A stretch of 64,000 nt of DNA from contig OZ024760.1 in NCBI GenBank assembly GCA_964016885.1, forward strand, positions 21,638,001-21,702,000, written 5' to 3'. The stretch is from Eledone cirrhosa (taxonomy: Eukaryota). Positions 40,466-55,044 of this stretch are shown piece by piece. The notes beneath the pieces were generated by a model. That model had not been told where the DNA came from and searched no databases. It saw nothing but the letters and a program-made list of their open reading frames with translations. Within the stretch, counting starts at the first letter, position 1; each line of letters begins with the position of its first letter. The position numbers and the translations under genes are program-made.

Positions 40466-40655
40466 TGTCTGGTTCTTAAGTAATGACAAATACATTAATG
40501 GAGACCAACAGGGAGAAAATTCCAATGGAAACCTTTATGGCTTCAGGACATACAGAAGTCCTCCACATAATATTCTTCTGGGAGATTACGAGGATGACCT
40601 CATTGACATAGTCGGAAATATCAAATTTAGGAAACCTAACAGATTCATGAACCTC
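40462..40655 (+). mobile_element. Probable Penelope-like element ORF N-terminal relic
   Basis: YGFRTYRSPPHNILLGDYEDDLIDIVGNIKFR resembles the pre-RT region of invertebrate Penelope-like ORFs (recognised from memory). Confidence 0.45.
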
Positions 40656-40861
40656 TTCTTGTACAATCTCAACTGTGTTTAGCACATGATATGCTTTTGT
40701 GACTCAAATATTCAGTATCAATAATTGAAGATATTGGCATATGTTTGCTATCAATATAGGCCACCGAGTATTTGTATATATATAAAAAAGAAGTGTTAGA
40801 GTGAAGTTACATTTTGATTGATTTTTAGTTGGATATTTGTATGACAAGTTTTTCATTACAT

Positions 40862-43000
40862 GAGAGAGTCACTCCATGTAGAGCCACTACTTCTCCGAAC
40901 TGAGAGATCACAGCTCCAATACTATGGACATGTGGTTAGAATGTCTCAGGAAAGAAATATTGGAGTCACTCCAGGTAGAGCCACTTCTTCTCCAAATTGA
41001 GAGATCACAGTTCCGATACTATGGACATGTGGTTAGAATGTCTCAGGAAAGAAATGTTGGAGTCACTCCAGGTAGAGCCACTACTTCTCCAAATTGAGAG
41101 ATCACAGTTCCGATACTATGGACATGTGGTTAGAATGTCTCAGGAAAGAAATGTTGGAATCACTCCAGGTAGAGGCTCTACTTCTCCGAATTGAGAGATC
41201 ACAGTTCCGATACTATGGACATGTGGTTAGAATGTCTCAGGAAAGAAATGTTGGAGTCACTCCAGGTAGAGGCTCTATTTCTCCGAATTGAGAGATCACA
41301 GCTCTGATACTATGGACATGTGGTTAGAATGTCTCAGGAAAGAAATGTTGGAGTCACTCCAGGTAGAGCCACTTCTTCTCCGAACTGAGAGATCACAGTT
41401 CCGATACTATGGACATGTGGTTAGAATGTCTCAGGAAAGAAATGTTGGAGTCACTCCAGGTAGAGCCACTACTTCTCCGAACTGAGAGATCACAGTTCCG
41501 ATACTATGGACATGTGGTTAGAATATCTCAGGAAAGAAATGTTGGAGTCACTCCAGGTAGAGCCACTACTTCTCCGAACTGAGAGATCACAGTTCCGATA
41601 CTATGGACATGTGGTTAGAATATCTCAGGAAAGAAATGTTGGAGTCACTCCAGGTAGAGCCACTACTTCTCCGAACTGAGAGATCACAGTTCCGATACTA
41701 TGGACATGTGGTTAGAATATCTCAGGAAAGAAATGTTGGAGTCACTCCAGGTAGAGGCTCTATTTCTCCGAATTGAGAGATCACAGCTCTGATACTATGG
41801 ACATGTGGTTAGAATGTCTCAGGAAAGAAATGTTGGAGTCACTCCAGGTAGAGGCTCTATTTCTCCGAATTGAGAGATCACAGCTCTGATACTATGGACA
41901 TGTGGTTAGAATGTCTCAGGAAAGAAATGTTGGAGTCACTCCAGGTAGAGGCTCTATTTCTCCGAATTGAGAGATCACAGCTCTGATACTATGGACATGT
42001 GGTTAGAATGTCTCAGGAAAGAAATGTTGGAGTCACTCCAGGTAGAGGCTCTATTTCTCCGAATTGAGAGATCACAGCTCTGATACTATGGACATGTGGT
42101 TAGAATGTCTCAGGAAAGAAATGTTGGAGTCACTCCAGGTAGAGGCTCTATTTCTCCGAATTGAGAGATCACAGCTCTGATACTATGGACATGTGGTTAG
42201 AATGTCTCAGGAAAGAAATGTTGGAGTCACTCCAGGTAGAGGCTCTATTTCTCCGAATTGAGAGATCACAGCTCTGATACTATGGACATGTGGTTAGAAT
42301 GTCTCAGGAAAGAAATGTTGGAATCACTCCAGGTAGAGCCACTTCTTCTCCAAATTGAGAGATCACAGTTCCGATACTATGGACATGTGGTTAGAATATC
42401 TCAGGAAAGAAATGTTGGAGTCACTCCAGGTAGAGGCTCTATTTCTCCGAATTGAGAGATCACAGCTCTGATACTATGGACATGTGGTTAGAATGTCTCA
42501 GGAAAGAAATGTTGGAATCACTCCAGGTAGAGCCACTTCTTCTCCAAATTGAGAGATCACAGTTCCGATACTATGGACATGTGGTTAGAATGTCTCAGGA
42601 AAGAAATGTTGGAGTCACTCCAGGTAGAGGCTCTATTTCTCCGAACTGAGAGATCACAGTTCCGATACTATGGACATGTGGTTAGAATGACTCAGGAAAG
42701 AAATGTTGGAATCACTCCAGGTAGAGCCACTACTTCTCCGAATTGAGAGATCACAGCTCCGATACTATGGACATGTGGTTAGAATATCTCAGGAAAGAAA
42801 TGTTGGAATCACTCCAGGTAGAGGCTCTACTTCTCCGAATGGAGAGATCACAGTTCCGATACTATGGGCAGGTGGTTAGAATGTCTCAGGAAAGAATCAC
42901 TGGAGTCACTCCAGGTAGAGGCTCTACTTCTCCGAATTAAGAGATCACAGTTCCGATACTATGGACATGTGGTTAGAATATCTCAGGAAAGAAATGTAGG
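40862..43000 (+). repeat. Second 97-bp RTE-derived satellite, about 22 copies
   Basis: Period of 97 bp. The unit encodes ESLQVEPLLLRIERSQFRYYGHVVRMSQER. Confidence 0.92.
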
Positions 43001-43627
43001 ATAGATTTTTATTACTGGTGAAACCAGCCTGCAGGAGATTCAAGGGCAGACCCCAAGCAAGATGGTTGGACAACATCCATAAGCTTGGACAACATCCATG
43101 ATCCAACCGGATCAATTGGAGATGGTTGCTTCTGATAGGACCCGTTGGAAGGATTGTTTGAGGACTCTACCCCAACGATCCCCTCAGGAATAAATGGGTG
43201 AAGGAGTGTTTGAGGACTCTACCGCAACGACCCCCTCAGGAATAAATGGGTGAAGGAGTGTTTGAGGACTCTACCGCAACGACCCCCTCAGGAATAAATG
43301 GGTGAAGGAGTGTTTGAGGACTCTACCCCAACGACCCCCTCAGGAATAAATGGGTGAAGGAGTGTTTGAGGACTCTACCCCAACGACCCCCTCAGGAATA
43401 AATGGGTGAAGGAGTGTTTGAGGACTCTACCCCAACGACCCCCTCAGGAATAAATGGGTGAAGGAGTGTTTGAGGACTCTACCCCAACGACCCCCTCAGG
43501 AATAAATGGGTGAAGGAGTGTTTGAGGACTCTACCCCAACGACCCCCTCAGGAATAAATGGGTGAAGGAGTGTTTGAGGACTCTACCCCAACGACGCCCT
43601 CAGGAATAAATGGGTGAAGAAGAAGAA
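43000..43627 (+). mobile_element. RTE 3' end whose terminal 52 bp is tandemly amplified about 9 times (43148-43618), followed by a (gaa)n tail
   Basis: Translates KGRPQARWLDNIH...DRTRWKDCLRTLPQRSPQE*. The period is 52 bp (43200, 43252). Confidence 0.85.
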
Positions 43628-43713
43628 CAGTGATTTCACACTCTCACTCTTTGATATCTATATAGTTATCTATACCTCTATAAATATATACTTATATATA
43701 TAATATAAACAAT

Positions 43714-43752
<39 letters not shown>

Positions 43753-44134
43753 AGTTTCAGAAGATTCCGTTAAGGGTGAAAGCAGCGATTCTTTGTTTAA
43801 ACTTTAATCTGTTATTTTAATAAATATATATATACAGTAATACAGAGTACCCGACCTCCCATGGGTACAAGCTGAAGCATATAGACAATATGCCCCCACA
43901 CCCTCCCACTGCAAGATGGTCGTGGAGGTGCCACGGCAAAAAAGCACCCAGCCCACACTGTAAAGTGGACGTGTAGGTGCCACGGAAAAAGCACCCAACA
44001 CTCACTGTCAATGAGGTTGGTGGTGAGCTCAGCTGTCAGGGTCCTGAATTTTTTTCATATTACCCACTCTACTACCCTAAGTATCGAGTACTCTCGTGGG
44101 TTATTGTCCAGCTGGTTTTTACCCACCCTATTTA

Positions 44135-44183
<49 letters not shown>

Positions 44184-44289
44184 CAAATATATATACATAT
44201 ATATACATATATACAAATATGTAAAAATATATATAAACATATAAATATAAAGACACACACTCACACTCACATATACACACACACTCACA

Positions 44290-44930
44290 TCATCATCATC
44301 ATCATCATCGTTTAACGTCCATCTTCCACAATTGCATGGGTTTGGACGGGAATTGTCCCACTTGAGGCAAGATTGGTTGTCTCGCTCGCATAGGACTGTC
44401 TGGCGGGTTTTCTACGGATGGATGCCCTTCCTAACACCAACCACATTTACAGTGTGGACTGGGAGGTTTTTACCATGTTACTTACACGGCCACATTACAG
44501 CGTGGACTCTGTGATTTTTTTGTCGTGACACCTCCACAACCTCATTTGTTTCAGACTGGATGTTGTGGTACCAACATAACTTTACATCGAAAGGGGTGGT
44601 GTGGATGGGGTGGGGGTAATCGGACGGGGGTGTATTTTTGTTAAGACACATATCTAACGTCTAAAGTCTGTCTCAAGCGAGAAGGCTCATTTGGCCGGTG
44701 CTTATCCCGGCTTCATGGCGTGAAGTGACTGAGAGTACAAGACTCTCCCCTGGACAGGACGCCAGTCCATCGCAGGGTTAAACCTCCAGCTATTGCTGGT
44801 ACTCATTTTCAGCTGAGTAAACTGGAGCAACAGGAAATGAAGTGTTTTGCTCAAGAACACAACACACAATCCAGGAATGAACCCATGACATTATGTAAGT
44901 CCAACACCCTTACCACTAGGCCACGTGCTA
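44290..44930 (-). mobile_element. RTE 3' UTR fragment (44290-44640) and a tRNA-derived SINE (44680-44930)
   Basis: Homologous to 38545-38900. SINE head reads gcacgtggcctagtggtaaggg in reverse complement. Confidence 0.75.
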
Positions 44931-45464
44931 CACATACATATATATATATGATCAGTTGATATCAACCTATCTGTTTGTCTATCTATTTATTTTTTTAAAA
45001 TCAATCCGAATTAATTTGAGAAAACCAAAGGAAATGAAAAAAGAAAAGAATTAGAATTTGAAACAAATATATCCATTATACAGACACACACACACATATC
45101 CACACACACACACATATCCACACACACATACACACATACATACACGCACACATACACACACATACACACATACATTCATACATATATTACACACAAATAT
45201 ATTTATACACATACATATATCTATATATACATATAGCCATACACACATACACACAAATATATTTATACACACACACACATGCATATACATACATATAGCC
45301 ATATAAACACACACACATACATATATCCATATAGACATACACACACATATATTCATATGTACATATAGCCATACATACATACACATACATACATACATAA
45401 ATTTGCACACATACACACAAGCAGAAAGGAACGTGCACTTCCTGTATATGAAACAAGCAACAGA

Positions 45465-45990
45465 GTAGCAGGGGGAGGATTACATCTGAGAGGGTAGCAG
45501 GAGGGTAGCAGGGGGAGGATTACATCTGAGAGGGTAGCAGGAGGGTAGCAGGGGGAGGATTACATCTGAGAGGGTAGCAGGAGGGTAGCAGGGGGAGGAT
45601 TACATCTGAGAGGGTAGCAGGGGGAGGAGGGTAGCATGAGGGTAGGAGGGGTAGGAGGGTAGCAGGAGGGTAGCAGGAGGAGGAGGGTAGCAGGAGGGTA
45701 GCAGGGGGAGGAGGGTAGGAGGGGGGGGGGGGGGGGTAGCAGGAGGATTACATTTGAGAGGGTAACAGGAGGGTAGCAGGGGGAGGAGGGGAGGAGGGGG
45801 AGGGTAGCAGGAGGGTTACCAGCTGAGAGAGAAGATAGGAGGAGAAGGAGGAGGGTTATATCTGAGAGAGAAGGTAGGAGGAGGAGAGGGTTACATCTGA
45901 GGTAGTAGGAGGAGAAGGAGGAGGGTTATATCTGAGGTAGTAGGAGAAGGAGGAGGAAGGATACATATGAGAGAGGAGGTAGCAGCAGGA
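45465..45990. repeat. 40-bp purine-rich repeat decaying into GGA-rich low complexity
   Basis: gagggtagcagggggaggattacatctgagagggtagcag at 45501, 45541 and 45581. Confidence 0.8.
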
Positions 45991-46037
45991 GAAGCAACAA
46001 CAACAACAACAAGGATAAAAAATAATAATAATAACAA

Positions 46038-47240
46038 TAATTGTTTCTACTTTAGGCACAAGGCCAGCAATTACCCCAGTGCATTACTGGTACTTTATTT
46101 TATCGACCCCGTAAGGATGAAAGGCAGAGTCAACCACAATAATAATAATAATAATAATAATTGTCTCTACTTTAGGCACAAGGCCAACAATTTTGAAGGG
46201 GAGGGGGAAAGTCAATTAAATTTAACCCCAGTGTATTACTGGTACTTTATTTTAACAACCTCGTGAGGATGAAAGGCAAAGCTAACCTCAGTGGGATATG
46301 AACTCGAAACGCAAAGGGACGTAACTCAATGACGCAAAGCACACTGTCCGACCCTCTACAGATACTGCTAATTCACCGCTCGCATAATAATAAATTGTTT
46401 CTACATTTGACGCAAAGACAACAATTCGAAGGGAAAGGGAAAGTTGATTAAATCAACCCCAGTGTATAACTGGTATTTTATTTTATTGAAAGGGGAAGAT
46501 AACCTCACCCACCAGGATTTGAATTTGTAAAAGGCCGCAAAACTCTAGGCCGCAAAGCATGTTGTCCGACTCCCCACCGATACTGCCAACCTATCCTCCT
46601 AAATATTAATATTACTACTACTACTACTACTACTACTATTAATAATAATAATTGTTTTTACTTTTGAATAATTGTTTCAGATTTGGACACAAGCCCAATA
46701 ATTTTAGGGGGTGGTACTGAAAATCAATTAAATCAACCTCAGTACATTACTGGTACTTTATTTTATCGACTCTGGAAGGATGAAAGGCAAAGGCTAACAT
46801 AGGCAGGGTTTGAACTCAGATCATAAAGGGATATAACTCTATGCTATGAAATGTTGTCTGATGCTCTACTGAGACTGCCAATCTATCACCCTAATTTCTA
46901 CTACCACTACTACTACTACTACTATTAATAATAATAATTGTTTCTACTTTTGGCACAAGGCTAGCAATTACTCAAGTGCATTACTGGTACTTTATTTTAT
47001 CGACCCCGTAAGGATGAAAGGCAAAGTTATCCTCGGCAGGATTTGAACTCAGGTCATAAAGGGCCGTAACTTTATGCTGCAAAGTATGACGTCCGACCCT
47101 CTATCGATACTGCCAATCCACCGAATGGTTTCTGATTTAGGCACAAGGCCAACAATTTTGGGGAGACGGGAAAATCGATTAAATTGACCCTAATTCATTA
47201 CTGGTACTCTACTTTTATCTACCGATACTGCGAATCCAAA
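46038..47240 (-). mobile_element. Tandem cluster of about 6 Nin/Deu-like SINEs
   Basis: Repeated SINE bodies separated by (aat)n/(act)n tails. Confidence 0.85.
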
Positions 47241-47314
47241 TAACAATAATAGTTATTATTATTCATTTTATTTGCCACAAGGGCCAACAAAAAGGGGAAC
47301 AATGCAATAGACAG

Positions 47315-47348
<34 letters not shown>

Positions 47349-47601
47349 CACCATAGCAACAACAAGAGGTAGGATTTGAAGGTAACGAGAAGGTAACACT
47401 CTAGAAGGATGTATGTTCAAGCAAGGTTGGTTTTAAGGATACAACAAGGGTTGAAAATAGGTAGAAATACACAACATTGAAGTGTGTATATATACTATAT
47501 ATATATATATATATATATATGTAACATATATATGATATATATATATATTATATACATATATATTATATACATATATATATGCATATATATTGATATATAT
47601 A

Positions 47602-47640
<39 letters not shown>

Positions 47641-47645
47641 ATATA

Positions 47646-47687
<42 letters not shown>

Positions 47688-47695
47688 ATATATGC

Positions 47696-47732
<37 letters not shown>

Positions 47733-48111
47733 ATATATATAAAACATATATATGCATATATATATATATATATATTATATACACACCGACTGAAGCCATA
47801 TATAATAGGGAAGGAAGGGCTTAAAATAAGCAGCCATGCACATTCAGTTTGGTTGAGGAAAAAAAACAATTTAAAAAAAATTAATCAAAGATTAAAAGCA
47901 GTAGCAGCAAAAAAAAACAAACAAAATAAAATATAAAACAACAGCAGAGAGGGTTAAAAACAACAAAAAAGAAAGCATTAACTATAGCAACAACAATAGC
48001 AACAACAACAATAGCAACAACAATAGCATGAAAATTATATTCAAATTAAATGTTAAATTATTTAGATTCTACAGTTTTAGTTTATACAAGTTGGACATTT
48101 TAAACCAGGCA

Positions 48112-49268
48112 TGTCATGATCCAGTAATTGTCATGGTCCAGTAATTGTCATGGTCCAGTAATTGCCACGGTCCAGTAATTGTCATGGTCCAGTAATTGCC
48201 ACGGTCCAGTAATTGTCATGGTCCAGTAATTGCCACGGTCCAGTAATTGCCACGGTCCAGTAATTGTCATGGTCCAGTAATTGCCACGGTCCAGTAATTG
48301 TCATGGTCCAGTAATTGTCATGGTCCAGTTTTTGTCACGGTCCAGTTTTTGTCACGGTCCAGTAATTGCCATGGTCCAGTAATTGTCATGGTCCAGTAAT
48401 TGCCACGGTCCAGTAATTGCCACGGTCAGTAATTGTCATGGTCCAGTAATTGCCACGGTCCAGTAATTGCCACGGTCAGTAATTGTCATGGTCCAGTAAT
48501 TGCCACGGTCCAGTAATTGCCACGGTCAGTAATTGTCATGGTCCAGTAATTGCCACGGTCCAGTAATTGCCACGGTCAGTAATTGTCATGGTCCAGTAAT
48601 TGCCACGGTCCAGTAATTGCCACGGTCCAGTAATTGCCACGGTCCAGTAATTGCCACGGTCCAGTTATTGTCATGGTCCAGTTATTGCCACGGTCCAGTT
48701 TTTGTCATGGTCCAGTTATTGCCACGGACTAGTTATTGCCACGGTCCAGTTATTTCGATGGTCTGGTATTTGCCACGGTCCAGTAATTGCCACAGTCCAG
48801 TAATTACCACAGTCCAGTAATTGTCACAGTCCAGTAATTTCCACGGTCCAGTAATTGTCACAGTCCAGTAATTACCACAGTCCAGTAATTGTCACAGTCC
48901 AGTAATTTCCACGGTCCAGTAATTGTCACAGTCCAGTAATTACCAAGGTCCATTAATTGCCATGGTCCAGTAACTACCACGGTCCATTAATTGCCACGGT
49001 CCAGTAACTGTCACGGTCCAGTAACTGTCACGGTCCAGTAACTGTCACGGTCCAGTAACTGTCACGGTCCAGTAATTGTCATGGTCCAGTAACTGTCACG
49101 GTCCAGTAACTGTCACGGTCCAGTAACTGTCACGGTCCAGTAATTGTCATGGTCCAGTTATTGTTATGGTCCAGTAATTGTCATGGTCCAGTAATTGCCA
49201 CGGTCAAGTAATTGCCATGGTCCAGTAATTGTCATAGTCCAGTAATTGCCATAGTCTGGTAATTGTCA
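48112..49268. repeat. 17-bp minisatellite (ggtccagtaattgccac/gtcat), about 68 copies
   Basis: Direct tandem repeats. Confidence 0.95.
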
Positions 49269-50121
49269 ATTTTGGAAACTGATGACATACCGCTGCCATC
49301 TGGTGGATTCCAGCAGAAGTAAGGGCGGATAACTACCAACAACAAACATCGTTTTTGACTCTGGTCGTTATCAAGATAGTGCTCCCTTACTTGCTTTCTG
49401 CTGCACCCTAATTCTATTTATTATATTATTTATTGTTTCCCTATTTTAATCCTTTTGTTTAACCCTTTCATTACCATATTTTGTTTTGATCCTTTCAGTG
49501 TTATATTTCTAATGAAAGACCGACCCTGTGGTTTTCAAATCGTTTTGAAAATAATGAAGAATTTGCAGAGATTTAGTCATATAACTAACTAACCTTGTCA
49601 TATTTAAGTTGACAAATAATACAAAACTCATGCACACTAAAACTCCATTTGTTTTAAACTGTTTATACATATATAAAAATCTTCCATCTAAAATTAAATT
49701 ATCTTCCATTAAAATTATGATGGAAGGTTTTTAGATAAATATAAACACTTTGAAACAAACACTGTTCTATCATATAGCACGAGGTGATGTTGTTTCACGG
49801 GGTTTAGTATTAAACATTCTAAGCTTTACTGCGGCTTTGATGTCTGGGTGAGATGGCAAGACTATGTTTACATTGGGAGCAACTTAGCGGTAAATTTCTG
49901 TTTGCTAACATTTTTTCTGTGATCGGGCAATGACTTAACTGCTTGATTTAATAGGTCCAACCTGTATTATATTAATAAATATTATCAATATATATGAAAG
50001 ATCAATAAATAAATTTTGAACAAGAAAAGATTAGCTAGAAATAATACATATACAAAAAATTAAATAGGAAATTTTCAGTAAAAAAAATATATATTTTCTC
50101 CAGTAATTTTAATAACAGTCA

Positions 50122-50800
50122 TTACTCTAAGGCAGAAGGCCAAAAATTTGAGGGAATTGAGAGACTTGATTGTATCAACCCCAGTACCTTACTGGTATTT
50201 TATTTGGATGGATGAAAGGCAAATTTGGCCTCAGTGAGATTTAAACTCAGAATGTAAAGGGTTGTAACTAAGTGCTGCAAATCATTTTGTTGGACACTCT
50301 ACCGATTCTGCCAATCCAACACTATCAATTTAATAAATTTTAATAAAAGTTTCTGATTTAGGCACAAAGTCAACAATGTTGTGGGAGGGGAAAGTCGATT
50401 AAAATACCCCCAGTGTATTACAAGTACTTTATTTTATCAACCCCGTAAAGATGAAAAGCTAATCTTGGAGGGATTTGAAATCAGAACGTAAAGAACCGTG
50501 ACTCTATGCTACAAAGCATGTTGTCCGACGCTCTACCAATCCTGTCAATCCACCACCCTCAATTTAGTAAGTTTTAATAATGGGAAGATATATAAAAATA
50601 AAACATGCATGTAAATAGAAGATAAGATGTCAATAAGATAAGACAGTCCCTATCATCTCATTTCTACAGCTGAGTAATCTGGAGCAATGTGAAATAAAGT
50701 GTCTTGCTCAAGGAAACAACACATCACCCGGTCTGAGAATTGAACTCACAACCTTTCGATTGCAAGACCAATGCTCTAACCACTAAGCCATGTGCCTTCA
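50122..50800 (-). mobile_element. Two Nin/Deu-like SINEs and a CORE-like SINE 5' half
   Basis: SINE motifs as above. Confidence 0.8.
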
Positions 50801-51431
50801 TGAGCCTCCTTATATATATATGGAAATCCGACAAATATAAATATAAATGTTTATAACTGATTTAGAGCACTCAACAGATTCCTATATATATATATATATA
50901 TTTTACATGGCCCCAAACATATCTAGATACATATATATACATACACACACTCACACATATATATATATGTACACAAACACATCTAGACACACACCCAAAC
51001 ACATCTAGACACACAGACAAACAGACAGATAGACAGAGGCATGTATGTGTGTGAGTGTATATATATATACATACATACACACAAACACTTCTACAGACAG
51101 ATAGACAGACAGAGACGTGTATATAGATATATAGATATATACACATATATACACACCGACAGACAAAAGAAACACACAGAGGCAGACAGAAAGACATATA
51201 TATATATATATATATATACATATATATACACATATATATATACATATATATATACATACATATATATACACATATATATACATACATATATACATACATA
51301 CATACATATATATATACATACATACATATATATATACATACATATATACATATATATATACATATATATATAAATATATATATATATATGTCTATATATA
51401 TATATATAAATATATATATATATATTTATAT

Positions 51432-51463
<32 letters not shown>

Positions 51464-51466
51464 GTC

Positions 51467-51502
<36 letters not shown>

Positions 51503-51744
51503 TAAATATATATATATATATGTCTATATGTATATAAATATATATATTTATATATATATAGACATATGTATATATATATTTATATATATATAGACATATA
51601 TATATATATATATTTAAATATATATATATATATGTCTATATGTATATAAATATATATATATATATGTCTATATATATATAAATATATATATATATATGTC
51701 TATATATATATAAATATATATATATATATGTCTATATATATGTC

Positions 51745-51779
<35 letters not shown>

Positions 51780-51793
51780 GTCTATATATATAT

Positions 51794-51827
<34 letters not shown>

Positions 51828-51913
51828 ATATAATATATATATATATATATATATGTCTATATAACCATCTTTTGATCTTATATTATGTCTATATATATAT
51901 ATATGTCTATATA

Positions 51914-51981
<68 letters not shown>

Positions 51982-52227
51982 TATATATATATACACATAT
52001 ATATATATACAAGGCTAACTGTAGTTAAGCGATTAATTTTTTAGAGAACATCCCAGGATTAACAGTGTAATTGTGAATCTAACTTAATCCCTGGATCAAC
52101 AAGGATTATCTCTCAAAACATGAACCATGTAGAACTAAACTAGTTGATAGAAAGTAGAAGTCCAGTCATATCTATTTCATATTAATTTATGAGCTGATAA
52201 GAGGCTTGCTTAGGGATCATAGTCATA

Positions 52228-52857
52228 GTGGTGGTGGTGGTGGTGGTGGTGGTGGTGGTGTTGGTGGTGGTGGTGTTGGTGGTGGTGGTGTTGGTGGTAG
52301 TGTTGGTGGTGGTGGTGTTGGTGGTGGTGGTGGTGGTGGCGGTGGTGTTGGTGGCGGTGGTGTTGGTGGTGGTGGTGGTGTTGGTGGTGTTGGTGGTGGT
52401 AGTGTTGGTGGTGGTGGTGTTGGTGGTGGTAGTGTTGGTGGTGGTGTTGGTGTTGGTGATGGTGGTAGTGGTGGTGGTGGTGGTAGTGTTGGTGGTGGTG
52501 GTGGTGGTGTTGGTGGTGGTGTTGGTGGTAGTGGTGGTGGTGGTGTTATTGTTGGTGGCGGTGTTGTTGGTGGTGTTGGTGGTGTTGGTGTTGGTGGTGT
52601 TGTTGTTGGTGGTGGTGGTGATGGTGGTGTTGTTGGTGGTGTTGGTGGTGTTGGTGTTGGTGGTGTTGTTGTTGGTGGTGGTGGTGATGGTGGTGTTGGT
52701 GGTGGTGGTGGTGTTGTTGTTAGTGGTGGTGGTGGTAGTGTTGGTGGTGTTGGTGGTAGTGGTGGTGGTGGTGTTGGTGGTGTTCGTGGTGGTGGTGGTG
52801 TTGGTGGTGGTGTTGGTGGTGGTGATGGAGGTAGTGGTAGTCGTATTAGCATCAACT

Positions 52858-52888
<31 letters not shown>

Positions 52889-53090
52889 AAATAGTAGTAG
52901 TAATAGTAGTAGTGGTAGTGGTAGTAGTAGTGGTAGTAATAGTAGTAGTAGTAGTTGTAGTAATGGTGGTAGTAGTTGAAGTAGTAGTAGCAGCAGCAAC
53001 AGTAGTAGTAGTCGTAACAGTAGTGGTAATAGTAGAGTAGTTATAGTAGTAGTAGCAGCAGTAGCAGTAGTAGTACTAGTAGCAGTATTA
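52228..53090. repeat. (GGT/GTT)n followed by (AGT)n trinucleotide tracts
   Basis: Simple repeat. Confidence 0.95.
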
Positions 53091-53224
53091 GAAGATTGTG
53101 ATTTAAGGTGTTTAGGATGTGTGTGAGATTAAATGTTTCACTTTAGGTCAGACATATTATCTAGAGCGTTCCAGCCATGACCCTCCCATTTATTTTCTAT
53201 ATCTGCAAGGTGGCAGTTCTGGCA

Positions 53225-54090
53225 CTATGATAAAAGAAAGGCACCCAGTCCACTCTGTAAGGTGGTTGTGCTGGTGACATTCAAAAAAGCACCCAGTCTA
53301 CCACACAAAGTGGAGGTTCTGGTGCCATGATAAAAACTCCCATTAGTGCTGGTGACATCACAAAAACACCCAGGCCACTCTGGTGCCATGTCAAAAAGCA
53401 CCCAGGCCACTCTGTAAGGTGGTAGTGCTGGTACAATGACAAAAACACCCAGGCCACTCTGGTGCCATGACAAAAAACACTCATTCCACTCTGTAAGGTG
53501 GTAGTGCTGGTACAATGACAAAAACACCCAGGCCACTCTGGTGCCATGACAAAAAACACTCATTCCACTCTGTAAGGTGGTAGTGCTGGTACAATGACAA
53601 AAACACCCAGGCCACTCTGGTGCCATGACAAAAAACACTCATTCCACTTTGTAAGGTGGTAGTGCTGGTACAATGACAAAAACACCCAGGCCACTTTGGT
53701 GCCATGACAAAAAACACTCATTCCACTCTGTAAGGTAGTAGTGCTGGCACAATGACAAAAACACCCAGGCCACTCTGGTGCCATGACAAAAAGCACTCAT
53801 TCCACTCTGTAAGGTGGTAGTGCTGGCACAATGACAAAAACACAGAGGCCACTCTGGTGCCATGACAAAAAGTACCCATTCAACCTGGTGAGGTGATTGT
53901 GCTGATGCCATGACAAAAAGCTGCCATCCACCTGGTGAGGTGGTAGCACTGGTGCCATGACAAAAACTCCCCATCCACCTGGTGAGGTGGTAGTGCTGGT
54001 GCCATGACAAAAAAGCCCCAGTCTAACCAGTAAAGTGTTTGTGCTGATGTCATGATAAAAAAATCGCCCAGTACATTCTGTAAAGTAGTT
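53225..54090. repeat. 79-bp tandem repeat (about 6 copies plus degenerate flanks) derived from the SINE/RTE-UTR internal segment
   Basis: Period of 79 bp. The aaaaagcacccag..ccactctgtaaggtgg motif matches the SINE body. Confidence 0.8.
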
Positions 54091-54197
54091 GGCTTTAGGA
54101 AGTGTGTCCAGCTTTAAAAAGCCAAGCCACAATTCGATTGTATGAACAATGAACCTGCTGGCAGAATTCTTTTCTAGAGAGTTGATGGTGTGCAGAT

Positions 54198-54800
54198 GTT
54201 TATATTTAGAGAATATATATCTAACAGTGTGTATATATATGTTTATATTTAGAGAAGAATATATATCCAACAGTGTGTATATATATGTTTATATTTAGAG
54301 AAGAATATACACCCAATAATCTGTATAATGTTCATATTTAGAGTAGAATATATATCCAATAGTGTGTGTATATATGTTTATATTTAGAGAATATATACCC
54401 AATAGTGTGTATATTATATTTATAGTTAGAGAAGAATATATACCCAACAGTGTGTATATATGTTATATTTAAAGAAGAATATATACCCAGTAGTGTGTAT
54501 ATATATGATTATATTTAGAGAATATATACCCAACAGTGTATGTATATTATGTTATATTTAAAGAATATATACCCAACATTGTATATATATTATGTTATAT
54601 TTAGAGAATATATACCCAACAGTCTATATATTATGTTATATTTAGAGAATATATACCCAACAGTGTATATATTATGTTATATTTAGAGAATATATACCCA
54701 ACAGTGTATATATATTATGTTATATTTAGAGAATATATACCCAACAGTGTATATATATTATGTTATATTTACATAATATATACCCAACAGTGTATGTATA
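54198..54800. repeat. ~40-bp AT-rich minisatellite (gttatatttagagaatatatacccaacagtgt...)
   Basis: About 15 imperfect tandem units. Confidence 0.85.
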
Positions 54801-55044
54801 TTTTAGGTGCCATTAGGACATAAACACAAACAACAACAAAACAAATTGCAATATAACAACAATAACAACAACAACATCTATATGTTAACTATATAAATTT
54901 GTAATGTAGGAACAAGACCCCCCCTCCATTTTTTCTGGAGACCAAGGGGGAGGAAAAGAAATAGTCAATAGTATCAAATTCTAAATTTGTGCAAAGGGCC
55001 AACCACTTTCGGGGGTGTGTGTGTGTGTGGGGGGGGGGGGGTGT

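Noticed and set aside
40997-42940. Repeated 65-aa ORFs (MRDHSSDTMDMW...)
   Set aside because: They are a by-product of the 97-bp period cycling through frames; only part corresponds to the dead RTE ORF.
52206-53040. Gly-rich or Pro-rich (extensin/formin-like) ORFs; likewise 58021-60382 and 63354-63992
   Set aside because: These are trinucleotide-type repeats open in several frames, without splice or start context.
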